From: Salinicola corii
GTDB lineage: Bacteria > Pseudomonadota > Gammaproteobacteria > Pseudomonadales > Halomonadaceae
DNA: 32,000 nt
Direction: 5' to 3'
Assembly: GCF_008298015.1 (NCBI RefSeq)
Contig: NZ_VTPX01000003.1
Span: forward strand, 36,290-68,289
Part shown: positions 7,301 to 15,587 of the stretch, one piece after another
Layout of the letters: every line of letters begins with the position of its first letter
How positions within the stretch are numbered: the first letter of the stretch is position 1
Position numbers and translations under genes: made by a program
Notes under the pieces: generated by a model
What the model saw: the letters and a program-made list of their open reading frames with translations, nothing else
Database searches by the model: none
Told to the model about the DNA's origin: nothing

Positions 7301-10300
7301 CATGGGCCGAGTCGTCACGGGCGGTTCCGGGCTCTGCCTCCGCCGTGGCGGAAGACAACGGTGCCTGAGCGGTCAGTAACTGCAGACCGCCCTGGTCGTT
7401 CTCCAGCGTGTGGCGTTCGAGCTGACGGTAGCCCAGTGCTTCCAGTCTGTGGCGGGTCGTCTCGAGATCGGCGGGGCGTGAATCGGGCGCCATCGCCAGT
7501 GACAGGAACGACTGCCAGTCGGTGTCGCCCAGTGCCAGCAACGCGATCTGCGCGTCGTCCGCCAGTTGTCCCGGCAACCACTGCAGCAGCGTATCGATCT
7601 CGTCCTGGGTGCCATCCAGCGTGACCAGTGCGACATTGGCACCGATCGCGGGAGGGGCGGCGTCAACCGTCAGCAGGTCGACCCTGGCATCGTGTTCCGC
7701 CAGGGATTCGGCTTCATTCAGGGCGTTGTCGCGCAGGGCGACGAAGCGATACTGGGCGCGATCGCCGCTCAATCCGCCCATCAATCGTTCACCGAGCTGC
7801 GGGCGCAGCGCCGAGGCTTCTAGCATCACCAGCCGCTGGTGGGGCGGCAGCAGCTCAAGCGACATGGCGTACTGGGCCAGCCAGGTATCGGCCAGGGCGT
7901 GCCAGCCGCGTTCGCCGACGGCGGCCTGTACCAGTTTCGTCAGGCGGGGGGCGTCCAGACCCAGCGAGGGGACATCGAGACGCTCTTTGAGCCAGTCCGT
8001 CAGATGGAGGCCGAAACGGCCGATGCTGTGGGTCAGCGCGGCGTAGTCCGGGTAGTCCCGGATCAGCAGATTCCAGACCGTCGCCGCATCGATCTCCGGC
8101 GCTTCCTGCAACTGCCAACCGGCCGGCGTTTCCGTCACGATGCCGATGGCAAGCGCTAGGTCGACCAGCGCCTGGCGGCGTTGGCGGATCTCGCTCGCGC
8201 CGGCATCGAAATGGCCCGCCAGCAGTTGACCGTCGCTGTCGGCGTGGCTGCGCAGGGCCTCGTCGAGAAACGCCGAGACCAGGGTCTCCAACAGCGGCTC
8301 GACCTCGTCGCCGTAACGGCTTCCGGTCACGCTCCGGTAGTTGTCGACCAGTTGCGCCAGTGCCAGCTCGGCGGTGGTCTCGTCCAGCGGCAACACGGCA
8401 GCTTCGCGCGGAGCCGGAACGAGGCGATGGTCGAGATAGCTGAGTCGATGCTGTACCGCGTGGCGCAGACGGGCGGCCTTGAAACGGGCGCCTTCGACCA
8501 CCGCCACGGCATTGCCAGTGGCATCGAACAGTGCCACGTCGGCACACAGCGAATGCGGCGCGCGGCTGGTGAGGCGTACTTCCATCCACGCTGGCGGCGC
8601 AGCATCGACCTGCAGTTGCAGCCGTTCAAGGCGCACGGGCACGAAGGCCAGTCCGCCTCCCTTGGCGAGTTCGTCGGCCAGCAGCGGAATGAATAGCTGG
8701 AAGGCGCTGTCGAGGATACCCGGTGCCAGCAGGCAGTCGCGCTGGTCCTCGGCGATGGCGGCGGGCAGGTCGATGCGACCCAGCGCGCGGTCGCCCTCGA
8801 CCCAGACTTCGCTGATCGCCTGGAAGCCCGGCCCGTACTCGAGCCCGACGTGAGCGGCCATCGCCAGATGCTGTTCTCGGGTGACGTCCGCCGGCCGGTC
8901 GGGCAGTGGCGTGCCGCGGCGAGTCAGCAGCAGGCCACGGGTCTGCACCGTGATCCGGGCCCGGGCGTTAAGGGTCCAGGCATCCTCGCTGGCCGGCTCG
9001 CGGGTCTTCATGGTCAGGGAGCCATCGGCATCCTGGATCTCCAGTTGCAGCTTCTTGCCATGGACGGCGTCGAGCAGCAGCGGGCTGAGAATCTCCAGCG
9101 CCTCGATATCGAGCACTGGCGATGCCTTGGCGGCGGCCGCTGCGGCAAGTGCCAGTTCGGCAAAGCCCGCGCCCGGGAATACCGTGGCGTCGCCGACGCG
9201 GTGATCGGCCAGCCACGGAAGGCGGCGGGTATCGAGTTGGCTTTCCCACGCCATTCCTTGGCGAGCCAGGCGATAACCCAGTAGCGGGTGTTCGTAGTGG
9301 CGTCCCATCAGTCCCTGGGAGTCTCCGGTAGCCTTGACCCAGTACCGCTCGCGCTGCCATGGATAGCGCGGCAGGTCGACGAAACGACCGCTGACAGGGA
9401 ACCACGCCTTGGGAGAGACGGCGCCGCTGACCAGTAGCGCGGCGAGACTGGCATCCATGGCGGTGGCGCCGTCGTGCTCGCGACTCAGCGTGCCGATGAC
9501 GCTGCCGGTGACCGACTGCGCGGAGAAGGCGTCAGTCAGGTAGCGTCGCAGAATCGGTTGCGCGCCGATCTCGACGAAGGCTCGAGCCCCCGCTTCGAGC
9601 AATGAATCGACCGCCGGTGAGAACTGCACCGGTTCGCGGATATTGAGCCACCAGTACTCGGCGCCCAGTTCTCTGCCGTCCAGCGCTTTGCCGGCCACGG
9701 TCGAGATGAACGGTATCCGGGTGGCGGAGGGCTTCAGATGCGAGAGGGCGTTGATGACCTCCTGGCGAATCGGATCCATGGCCGGGCTGTGGAAGGCATA
9801 GTCCAGCGCTAGGCGCTTGGCGAAGATCCGCTCGTCGGAGAGTGCCGCTTCCAGGCGTTCCAGCGCATCCGCTGGGCCGGCCAGGGTGACGCCCTTGGGG
9901 CCGTTGACGCCGGCGATCACGATCGCCGAGTGAGCGGGGGCTTCCAGCCAGCGCTGCATGGCTTCGGCGCCGAGGCCGACAGCGGTCATCTCACCGCTGC
10001 CGCGGGTGCGGCCTTGGCCGGCGCTGCGATAGTAGATGACGCTGACAGCGTCGGCCAGGCCAAGCGCGCCACAGGCCCAGGCCGCGGCGACTTCACCCAC
10101 GCTGTGGCCGATGACAGCGGCGGGGCGCACGCCCTCGGACTCGAGCAGTCGGGTCACGCCGACCTGCAGCGCGAACAGCGCGGGCTGGGCGATCTCCGTG
10201 AGGGCCAGCCGATCGCCTCTCTCCACGGCCTCGTGCTGGTTGGTGCCATCGAGTTCGGCACGCAGCGAGAAGTCGGCGTGTTTCGCGAACAGTGCGTCGA

Positions 10301-11972
10301 CTTCGTCGACGGCAGCGGCGAAGACAGGGGACTCCCTCAGCAGCGTGCGACCCATCGCCGTCCACTGGCAGCCGTTGCCGTCGTAGACGAACACCGGGCC
10401 GTAGCCGGCATCGACGCGCTCGCCGAGGGCGGCGCCGGGTACGCTCTCGGCGGCGGCCAGCGCGTCCAGGCGGGTGATCGCGTCGGCGGTGTTGTCGCTC
10501 AGCAATATCGCTGCGTGGGGGTGCTGTTCGCGGCGGAAGGCGAGGCTGTAGGCGGTGTCGTAGAGCGAGACATCGCCAGCCGTGAGGCTGTCGCTGAGGC
10601 GCGCGGCGAACTCGCGCAGCGCTTCCGGGCTGCGAGCGCTCAAGCACAGCGGGAGACGCCGAACGGGCGACTCGGCGACCTCGGCTGCTGGCGTTTCCGG
10701 CGGCGACTGCAGGATGACGTGGGCGTTGGCGCCCCCGAAACCGAACGAGTTGATGCCGATGGTGAGTTGCCCCTCGGCCTTCAGCTTGCGCGGTTTGTCG
10801 ACAATGTCGAGGTTCCAGCCCTTCAGGGCGATGCGCGGATTGACCTTGCGAATGCCGATGGTGGCGGGAACTTCACGCTCACGCAGCGCATAGAGCGCCT
10901 TGGCGAGACCGGCGATGCCGGAGGCGGTTTCCAGGTGACCGAGGTTGCTCTTGACTGAACCGATCGGCAGCGGCGTCTGGCGCTTCTGGCCGATTGCCGC
11001 GCCGATGGCGCGGGTCTCCAGCGGGTCGCCGACGGCGGTACCGGTGCCGTGGGCCTCGAGGTAGTCGAGGTCGTCCGGCGTCAGCCCGGCACGCGCCAGG
11101 GTCTGGGTCATCAACGCGACCTGGGCGTCGGGATTGGGGACCGTCAGGCCCTTCTTGAAACCGTCGGTGTTGACGCCGCTGCCGGCGACCACGGCCAGAA
11201 TGCGATCGCCATCCTCGAGCGCCTTGTCGTAATCCTTGAGCAGGAAGACCCCGCCGCCCTCGGAGCGCACGTAGCCGTCGCCGGACTCATCGAACACCTG
11301 GCAGCGTCCGGTGGGCGAGAGCATGCTCGCCTTGGAGAAGATGATGAAGCCGAACGGGTGCAGGTGCAGGCTGATGCCGCCGGCCAGCGCGATCTCGGTC
11401 TCGCCGCTGCGGATCGACTGGCACGCCTGGTGGAAGGCGACCAGCGAGGACGAGCAGGCGGTATCCATCGACATGCTCGGGCCATGCAGGTCGAACACGT
11501 AGGAGATTCGGTTCGAGGCGATACTCGAGGTATTGCCGGTCGCCGTCGAGGTGTCGATCACCGACATGTCGTCGGCCATGCGGTAGGAGTAGTCGAGACT
11601 GGAGATGCCAAGGAAAACGCCGCACTGGCTGCCGCGCAGTGTCTGCGGTGGAATGCCGGCGTCTTCCATGGCTTCCCAGGTCATCTCCAGCAGAATCCGT
11701 TGCTGTGGATCCATCTGGGTAGCTTCGCGCGGCGAGATGCCGAAGAAACCTGCGTCGAAACCGGAGATGTCGCCGAGACTACCGGCGGCGAAGGTGTAGC
11801 TGGTGCCGGGATGCTGCTTGTCCGGGTGGCGATAGGCTTCCAGGCCCCAGCGGTCGTCTGCGACCATGGTGACGAGATCTTCGCCGGTCTTGAGCGCTTG
11901 CCAGAAACGTTGTGATGTCGGAGCGCTCGGAAACCGGTGAGCCGCGCCGATGATGGCAACGCGTTTGGTCAT
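4380..11972 (-). CDS. Type I polyketide synthase, FAS-like fully reducing: KS-AT-DH-(degenerate MT/psiKR)-ER-KR-ACP, no release domain
   Basis: KS: DTACSSS (Cys codon 11454-11456), HGTGT, GHLE. AT: GHSVGE (Ser codon 10101-10103), YAFHS. DH: HRVGDATVFPG (His codon 9201-9203). ER: LIHGAAGGVG. KR: TGGLGGFG ... YSSATTLFGNPGQASYVAAN. ACP: GFDSLMG (Ser codon 4632-4634). The start is placed at the ATG at 11972 (MTKRVAIIGAAHRFP) because AAGGAG (complement of 11978-11983) lies 5 nt upstream. The ORF track extends to 12020. Confidence 0.95.
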   Translation of the reverse strand: MTKRVAIIGAAHRFPSAPTSQRFWQALKTGEDLVTMVADDRWGLEAYRHPDKQHPGTSYTFAAGSLGDISGFDAGFFGISPREATQMDPQQRILLEMTWEAMEDAGIPPQTLRGSQCGVFLGISSLDYSYRMADDMSVIDTSTATGNTSSIASNRISYVFDLHGPSMSMDTACSSSLVAFHQACQSIRSGETEIALAGGISLHLHPFGFIIFSKASMLSPTGRCQVFDESGDGYVRSEGGGVFLLKDYDKALEDGDRILAVVAGSGVNTDGFKKGLTVPNPDAQVALMTQTLARAGLTPDDLDYLEAHGTGTAVGDPLETRAIGAAIGQKRQTPLPIGSVKSNLGHLETASGIAGLAKALYALREREVPATIGIRKVNPRIALKGWNLDIVDKPRKLKAEGQLTIGINSFGFGGANAHVILQSPPETPAAEVAESPVRRLPLCLSARSPEALREFAARLSDSLTAGDVSLYDTAYSLAFRREQHPHAAILLSDNTADAITRLDALAAAESVPGAALGERVDAGYGPVFVYDGNGCQWTAMGRTLLRESPVFAAAVDEVDALFAKHADFSLRAELDGTNQHEAVERGDRLALTEIAQPALFALQVGVTRLLESEGVRPAAVIGHSVGEVAAAWACGALGLADAVSVIYYRSAGQGRTRGSGEMTAVGLGAEAMQRWLEAPAHSAIVIAGVNGPKGVTLAGPADALERLEAALSDERIFAKRLALDYAFHSPAMDPIRQEVINALSHLKPSATRIPFISTVAGKALDGRELGAEYWWLNIREPVQFSPAVDSLLEAGARAFVEIGAQPILRRYLTDAFSAQSVTGSVIGTLSREHDGATAMDASLAALLVSGAVSPKAWFPVSGRFVDLPRYPWQRERYWVKATGDSQGLMGRHYEHPLLGYRLARQGMAWESQLDTRRLPWLADHRVGDATVFPGAGFAELALAAAAAAKASPVLDIEALEILSPLLLDAVHGKKLQLEIQDADGSLTMKTREPASEDAWTLNARARITVQTRGLLLTRRGTPLPDRPADVTREQHLAMAAHVGLEYGPGFQAISEVWVEGDRALGRIDLPAAIAEDQRDCLLAPGILDSAFQLFIPLLADELAKGGGLAFVPVRLERLQLQVDAAPPAWMEVRLTSRAPHSLCADVALFDATGNAVAVVEGARFKAARLRHAVQHRLSYLDHRLVPAPREAAVLPLDETTAELALAQLVDNYRSVTGSRYGDEVEPLLETLVSAFLDEALRSHADSDGQLLAGHFDAGASEIRQRRQALVDLALAIGIVTETPAGWQLQEAPEIDAATVWNLLIRDYPDYAALTHSIGRFGLHLTDWLKERLDVPSLGLDAPRLTKLVQAAVGERGWHALADTWLAQYAMSLELLPPHQRLVMLEASALRPQLGERLMGGLSGDRAQYRFVALRDNALNEAESLAEHDARVDLLTVDAAPPAIGANVALVTLDGTQDEIDTLLQWLPGQLADDAQIALLALGDTDWQSFLSLAMAPDSRPADLETTRHRLEALGYRQLERHTLENDQGGLQLLTAQAPLSSATAEAEPGTARDDSAHDTEQWLVVSDDSSQWLASKLVSRFKTLGQAVHHLAGSELMPGELLPLALESFTPSQIVDLRGLASAADDRCVLAAQWLQTLESMESDAALWWLTLGVGAHFFILPEAAADPVSRPESSGQSGISKLAEDAALWGFGRSLQNEAGNRQVRLLDLPLSSRDSLSSELLDAVLFELSMPDAETEVVLDAGGQRWVPRLALAPAPGTRPSEERPGHDRAVSLGFELPGQLRHLRWRPHDLPAPQPGQVEIAVKATGLNFRDVMYALGLLSDEAIENGFAGPTLGLEFAGEVVSVGDPNGSLRPGDAVVGFGPASFSDRLIADVNAVAPIPAEIGYAAAATIPTTFFTVYYSLKHLARVQPGERLLIHGAAGGVGLAAIQVGRWLGAEIYATVGSPEKQDFLRLTGVDRIYDSRSLTFAEEILHDNAVERQASRDGGNGQRIGIDGVDVVLNSLAGEAINQNLRVLKPFGRFIELGKRDFYENTKVGLRPFRNNLSYFGVDSDQLMSELPDLTGELFSEMMTLFADGTLAPLPYIAFGSDRVVEAFRYMQQARQIGKVVVTYERPPTMAPAPARDIPLMLDATGTYVVTGGLGGFGLASAEWLAAKGARQLLLLSRRGAVTEAAEASIERLEALGVTVAARACDVTDAKALERVLDEARESLGPIRGIVHAATVIDDGLIRNLDAARIRQAMAPKLEGARHLDSLTANDALDFFVVYSSATTLFGNPGQASYVAANHWLEAFTANRRANGRPATVVRWGAIEDVGFLARNTQTRDSLQERLGGQALASSDALAVLEQMLVADVASLGVLELDWRALARFLPTAEAPRYREIARTAEDDGGQEGDDDLQKLLASLSPEALHTTLTEVLGKELAKILLIDEEKIDIHKSVYDMGFDSLMGVELVTALEARLGIQVPVMVLSEADTLAKLCDYLMLKLRGDDTETDSDEDALSGLAAQHGVDALQNGAESRDDSGTERGES

Positions 11973-12009
11973 TGGGACTCCTTGCTTCGTAGCATGGGCT
12001 ACGCCTTTC

Positions 12010-13569
12010 TCAATTCGCACCGCGCCTTCCAGCGTGGTCGATAATCCTGTCGTAGATTGTTACTCCCAGCTTATCGGCTGGAAGCGTCATCCGCACGTTA
12101 TCCCCCGAACGGGGTGCGGTCTGCCAGATGAAATAGTTCGTGAAACCATCCGGCTCACCGTGTCGTGCGTAGACTTTCGGCATGATCGGCACGTGATCTC
12201 CGTAAAAACCCAGAATGCCGGGCCGTCCGCCTTGATGAAGAGAGTCCCTGAGTCGTTCCAGCATACTATCGGTGTTGCGTAGATGCTTCAGATAAACCGT
12301 CAGCTCTTCGCAATCGTCGGTAACGCCGCCTTCAACCCAGCGTTCGGCGACGGCCGGGTCCGCCGTCTCCAGGTGGAGCGGGCCGTGATTCTCCATGCTG
12401 ATCACGAAAATGAACAGCGGTTTCTCGTCGGCTATCGTCAGCCGTTTCCGAACCCGCTCCGCCAGCGCGAGATCGCCGGTGTACTGGCCGTCGCGCTCGT
12501 CGATATCGAAGTCGGCGATATCGACGAAGGTCTCGAAGCCCAGGTTGGGATAGACCTTGTCGCGCAGATAGAAGCTGGCGGGATAGGGGTGAATGCAGAC
12601 CGTCCGGTAGCCCAGGCGCTTGAGCGCGCCGGCCAGGTTGTTGACCGGTAGCTTCGATAACTGGTGGTAGGGGTTGAAACGATGCACGCCGAGACGGGAT
12701 GGCGTGAGCCCTGTCAGTACCGCACACTCCGTGCGCACGGTGTTGGCGCCCCAGGCGGGCACGTCGAAACGGCCGGCCTGCAGGGCTTCGGCCATGAGCG
12801 CGTCATACGTGCCTAGCAGATCGCGGCGAATGGCCTGATGCCAGTCGCGAGGGTCGAAGAACGACTCGCTCTGGACCAGCACCACGTTCGGCAGCGTGGC
12901 GGGATCCATGCTGTCCATATCCAGATCGACCGGCAAGGCGAAGGCGCTGTCGTTGTCCTGACGGTCGATCGGCTCACGTGTCAGGCGACCATAGGCCCAG
13001 AGGTAGGGATAGAGGCCGAGCCTGACCAGGTCGTCGTTGGGTTCGAGCGTACAACCCGTCAGCCGGGGCAGTTGCCAGATCAGCACGGCGATACTGGCCG
13101 CGACCAACACCAGGGTGCCCAGCAGCGACCACGGCGCGTCGGCATGGCCGTAGAGCGAGGGCTCGAGCCAGAAGCCGATACCGATCGCGATGGCGCCGGC
13201 CAGGCTGGCGGCGATGGTCAGACCGATACCGAAAAAGGGGATGTAGAGGCGGGGATGGCGAACCGCATCGACGAAGTACTCGAAGTCTTGGCACAGAAAG
13301 GGTTCACGCAGCGAGCTCGACTTGGTGTTGTTGACCTGGATCACCACCATCTGCAGCGAAGCGGCGATCACCAACGCAAACCAGGGGCGCTGCACGATCA
13401 ACAGCCAGAAGGCGAAATGCAGCACGGCGGTGGCCAGGTGAACGGCAACTGCTGCCGGCGCGCGCTGCCACAGCAGCCGGGGGCGCGGTTTGAGCAGCAG
13501 TTCGAACAGGCTGGTGACGACCAGCGTGGCCACCGTCGCCCAGACCCCGTTCCAGAATCCATGAATCAT
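12010..13569 (-). CDS. LTA-synthase / OpgB (MdoB) / sulfatase-family membrane phosphotransferase
   Basis: 519 aa. About five N-terminal hydrophobic helices (aa 1-180), then an alkaline-phosphatase-superfamily domain (VVLVQSESFFDP, GANTVRTECAVLTGL with candidate Thr nucleophile, FVISMENHGP, GFYGDHVP). ATGA overlap with the SDR stop at 13566-13569. Confidence 0.8.
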   Translation of the reverse strand: MIHGFWNGVWATVATLVVTSLFELLLKPRPRLLWQRAPAAVAVHLATAVLHFAFWLLIVQRPWFALVIAASLQMVVIQVNNTKSSSLREPFLCQDFEYFVDAVRHPRLYIPFFGIGLTIAASLAGAIAIGIGFWLEPSLYGHADAPWSLLGTLVLVAASIAVLIWQLPRLTGCTLEPNDDLVRLGLYPYLWAYGRLTREPIDRQDNDSAFALPVDLDMDSMDPATLPNVVLVQSESFFDPRDWHQAIRRDLLGTYDALMAEALQAGRFDVPAWGANTVRTECAVLTGLTPSRLGVHRFNPYHQLSKLPVNNLAGALKRLGYRTVCIHPYPASFYLRDKVYPNLGFETFVDIADFDIDERDGQYTGDLALAERVRKRLTIADEKPLFIFVISMENHGPLHLETADPAVAERWVEGGVTDDCEELTVYLKHLRNTDSMLERLRDSLHQGGRPGILGFYGDHVPIMPKVYARHGEPDGFTNYFIWQTAPRSGDNVRMTLPADKLGVTIYDRIIDHAGRRGAN

Positions 13570-14342
13570 CGCTGCGCTCCGTCGCCGTGGTCATAGCCGA
13601 ACCACTTGAGCAGGCGTTGCGAGATCGCCGCCGGCAGCACGGCCAGCCACCAGCTGCCGAAATTGAGCGGGAACGGGAAGCTGATCCGGGCACGGTTGCG
13701 CTCGATACCCTGGGCGATGACCCTGGCGGCGCGCTCGGGTTGCCAGATAAATGGCTTGGGACCGAGCATCTCATGGCACATCTTTGAACTGACGTAGCCC
13801 GGCATGACCACGGTGATGCCGACGCCGCGAGGCGCCAGCCAGCCGCGAAGCGCTTCACCGTAGGCTTTCACCCCGGCCTTGCTGGCGCTGTAGCTCGGTG
13901 TGACCGGCAAGCCGTGATAGGCGGCGAGCGAGCTCATCAGCACCAGTTGGCCGCGTCCCGCCGCGCGCATGCGCTTGCCAAGGAAGTTGCCCATTGCCAT
14001 CGGCACACGCAGGTTGATATCGAGCAGGCGGCTGGCGTCTTCCCATGGCTCGCCGCTGCCGTCTTCGCCGATGTTGATGTTCATGCCGGCGTTGACGATG
14101 ACAATGTCCGGCGGAGTGGGGGCGCACAGCGAATCGAGCCAAGCGAACAGGGCGTCGTCGTCGCCCAGGTCGATCTGGCTGTATTCGACCTCGGCGCCGG
14201 ATTCGCGACAGGTTGCCGTCAGCGATTCGAGCACTTCGCGCTGGCGGCCATGCAGCACCAGCCGATTGCCGGGCCTGGCGTAGACGGCGGCCAGTGCCTG
14301 TCCGATGGCTCCGGTGGCGCCGGTAATGACGATTCGAGTCAT
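13566..14342 (-). CDS. Short-chain dehydrogenase/reductase (SDR) with hydrophobic C-terminal tail
   Basis: 258 aa. Cofactor loop ITGATGAIGQAL, NAG motif (IVNAGMN), catalytic YSASK. The C-terminal FPFPLNFGSWWLAVLPAAISQRLLKWF looks membrane-associating. ATGA overlaps at both ends (14339-14342 and 13566-13569). Confidence 0.88.
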   Translation of the reverse strand: MTRIVITGATGAIGQALAAVYARPGNRLVLHGRQREVLESLTATCRESGAEVEYSQIDLGDDDALFAWLDSLCAPTPPDIVIVNAGMNINIGEDGSGEPWEDASRLLDINLRVPMAMGNFLGKRMRAAGRGQLVLMSSLAAYHGLPVTPSYSASKAGVKAYGEALRGWLAPRGVGITVVMPGYVSSKMCHEMLGPKPFIWQPERAARVIAQGIERNRARISFPFPLNFGSWWLAVLPAAISQRLLKWFGYDHGDGAQR

Positions 14343-15586
14343 GACGCGATCTCATCCATGAGTTGTTGCAGCGGAGAGCGATCTCGCTGCAGCGCCTGAA
14401 GGGCGTTTTCCGAGGCTAGCTCGATCCCGGGGCGGCAGTAAAACCCGCCATTGATCTGAACCGTCTGGGCAACGGTTCGTCGATAGGCCCGGAAGAGTCC
14501 CGCTTCCGGAGCGGGCGTATTGTGCCAGAAATCGTCCAGCTTGCCTTGATGGGTCAGGCCCGCCATGTCGTAAATCGGTGAGGCCAGGGCGTGAGTCGGG
14601 CAGCCGAAGCCTAGCGAGACGTTGCCGGCGGTGCTGTTGACCGTGACCAGACCGCTGGCGTGCTTGAGTAGTGCTTCGAGGCTCCCCCCTTCGAGATAGA
14701 CCAGGCGATCACCTAGATCGTACTCGTGGGTCAGCACCTTTATCAGCCGCGCGTACTGGGCCAGGCCCATGTCGAGCGGGTGGTTCTTGATCACCAGCAA
14801 GGCATCCCTCGGCGCATGGTAGGCAAAGGACGCGGCCACCTTCCCGATCACCTCCTGCATGTTCTTGTAGTCCGAGTGATAGCGAACCTGGGCGTCGCTC
14901 TTCAGTTGCAACGGCAGCAGATAGAACGGACGCCTGGAAGCCATCAGCGCTTCGACGCGCTGCTTGTCCCGGCGTTTCAGGTAGGGCATGCGCATCTTGC
15001 GCAGCACGAAGCCTGCGTATTCCACGGGGGCGGTGACCAGGGCGTGGTTGCGATAGTGGGGATGCAGGAACGGGTTGGCGACGCCAGCCAGGTGATAGAG
15101 CACATCGTGGCGCGCGCGCATGTGGAACTGGTTGGGAAAGGACTGGGGACGACCGGCGCTGGGCAGGCGCTCGCCGGCCGCGCGATACCAGTCGGGATCC
15201 CGGGGCAACAGCGAGTGCGCATTCACGCCCTCGCGTTCCAGCGTCACCCAAAAGGGGCGAAAGTAGCCCTCCTCGAACACGTGGTTGCGGATACCCCGAC
15301 GTCTGGCGGCAAGGATGGCGCGCCGATGAACGGGACGGCGGTCTCCGAAGACGATCTGGTCGGTAATCTCGTGTCGATCCCAGATGCCGGAGAGGTATTC
15401 GGGGATGTCCTTGGCCTGGCCGCGGTAGGCATAGGTGTTTTTCTGCCGCCAGTAGACACTGTCGCCGACGGTGAAGTTGACCTTGATGACCGAGTGTCCC
15501 GCTTCCCGCAGTCGCGCGCCCAGCCGGTCGAAAAAAGGTGAGCAGACACCCTGTAAAAGAAGAAAGTGTTTGCGTGTCGTGCTCAA
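14339..15586 (-). CDS. kpsS: KpsS-like capsule-linker beta-Kdo transferase homologue
   Basis: Colinear by eye with E. coli KpsS (HFLLLQGVCSPFF, FEEGYFRPFWVTLEREGVNAHS, FYLLPLQLKSDAQV, IKNHPLD, VTVNSTAGN). The start is uncertain. TTG at 15586 sits 1 nt after the kpsC stop (TGAcTTG) and gives 415 aa. GTG at 15664 would overlap kpsC by 77 nt. Confidence 0.82.
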   Translation of the reverse strand: MSTTRKHFLLLQGVCSPFFDRLGARLREAGHSVIKVNFTVGDSVYWRQKNTYAYRGQAKDIPEYLSGIWDRHEITDQIVFGDRRPVHRRAILAARRRGIRNHVFEEGYFRPFWVTLEREGVNAHSLLPRDPDWYRAAGERLPSAGRPQSFPNQFHMRARHDVLYHLAGVANPFLHPHYRNHALVTAPVEYAGFVLRKMRMPYLKRRDKQRVEALMASRRPFYLLPLQLKSDAQVRYHSDYKNMQEVIGKVAASFAYHAPRDALLVIKNHPLDMGLAQYARLIKVLTHEYDLGDRLVYLEGGSLEALLKHASGLVTVNSTAGNVSLGFGCPTHALASPIYDMAGLTHQGKLDDFWHNTPAPEAGLFRAYRRTVAQTVQINGGFYCRPGIELASENALQALQRDRSPLQQLMDEIAS

Positions 15587-15587
15587 G

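Noticed and set aside
4449-11915. Many long plus-strand and alternative-frame ORFs inside the PKS gene (e.g. 5667-6854, 9930-10958, 11049-11915, 7855-8589).
   Set aside because: Their products are Arg/Ala/Gly/Pro-rich low-complexity strings with no recognisable motifs. They lie wholly within a 7.6-kb frame packed with canonical PKS motifs. This is the typical stop-codon-poor antisense artefact of high-GC DNA.
11973-12020. 16-codon N-terminal extension of the PKS (MRIEKGVAHATKQGVP) given by the longest ORF.
   Set aside because: The ATG at 11972 has a perfect AAGGAG 5 nt upstream that would lie inside the extension. KS domains normally begin right at the (I/V)A(I/V)(I/V)G motif. The extension would also overlap the upstream gene's stop (12010-12012) by 11 nt.
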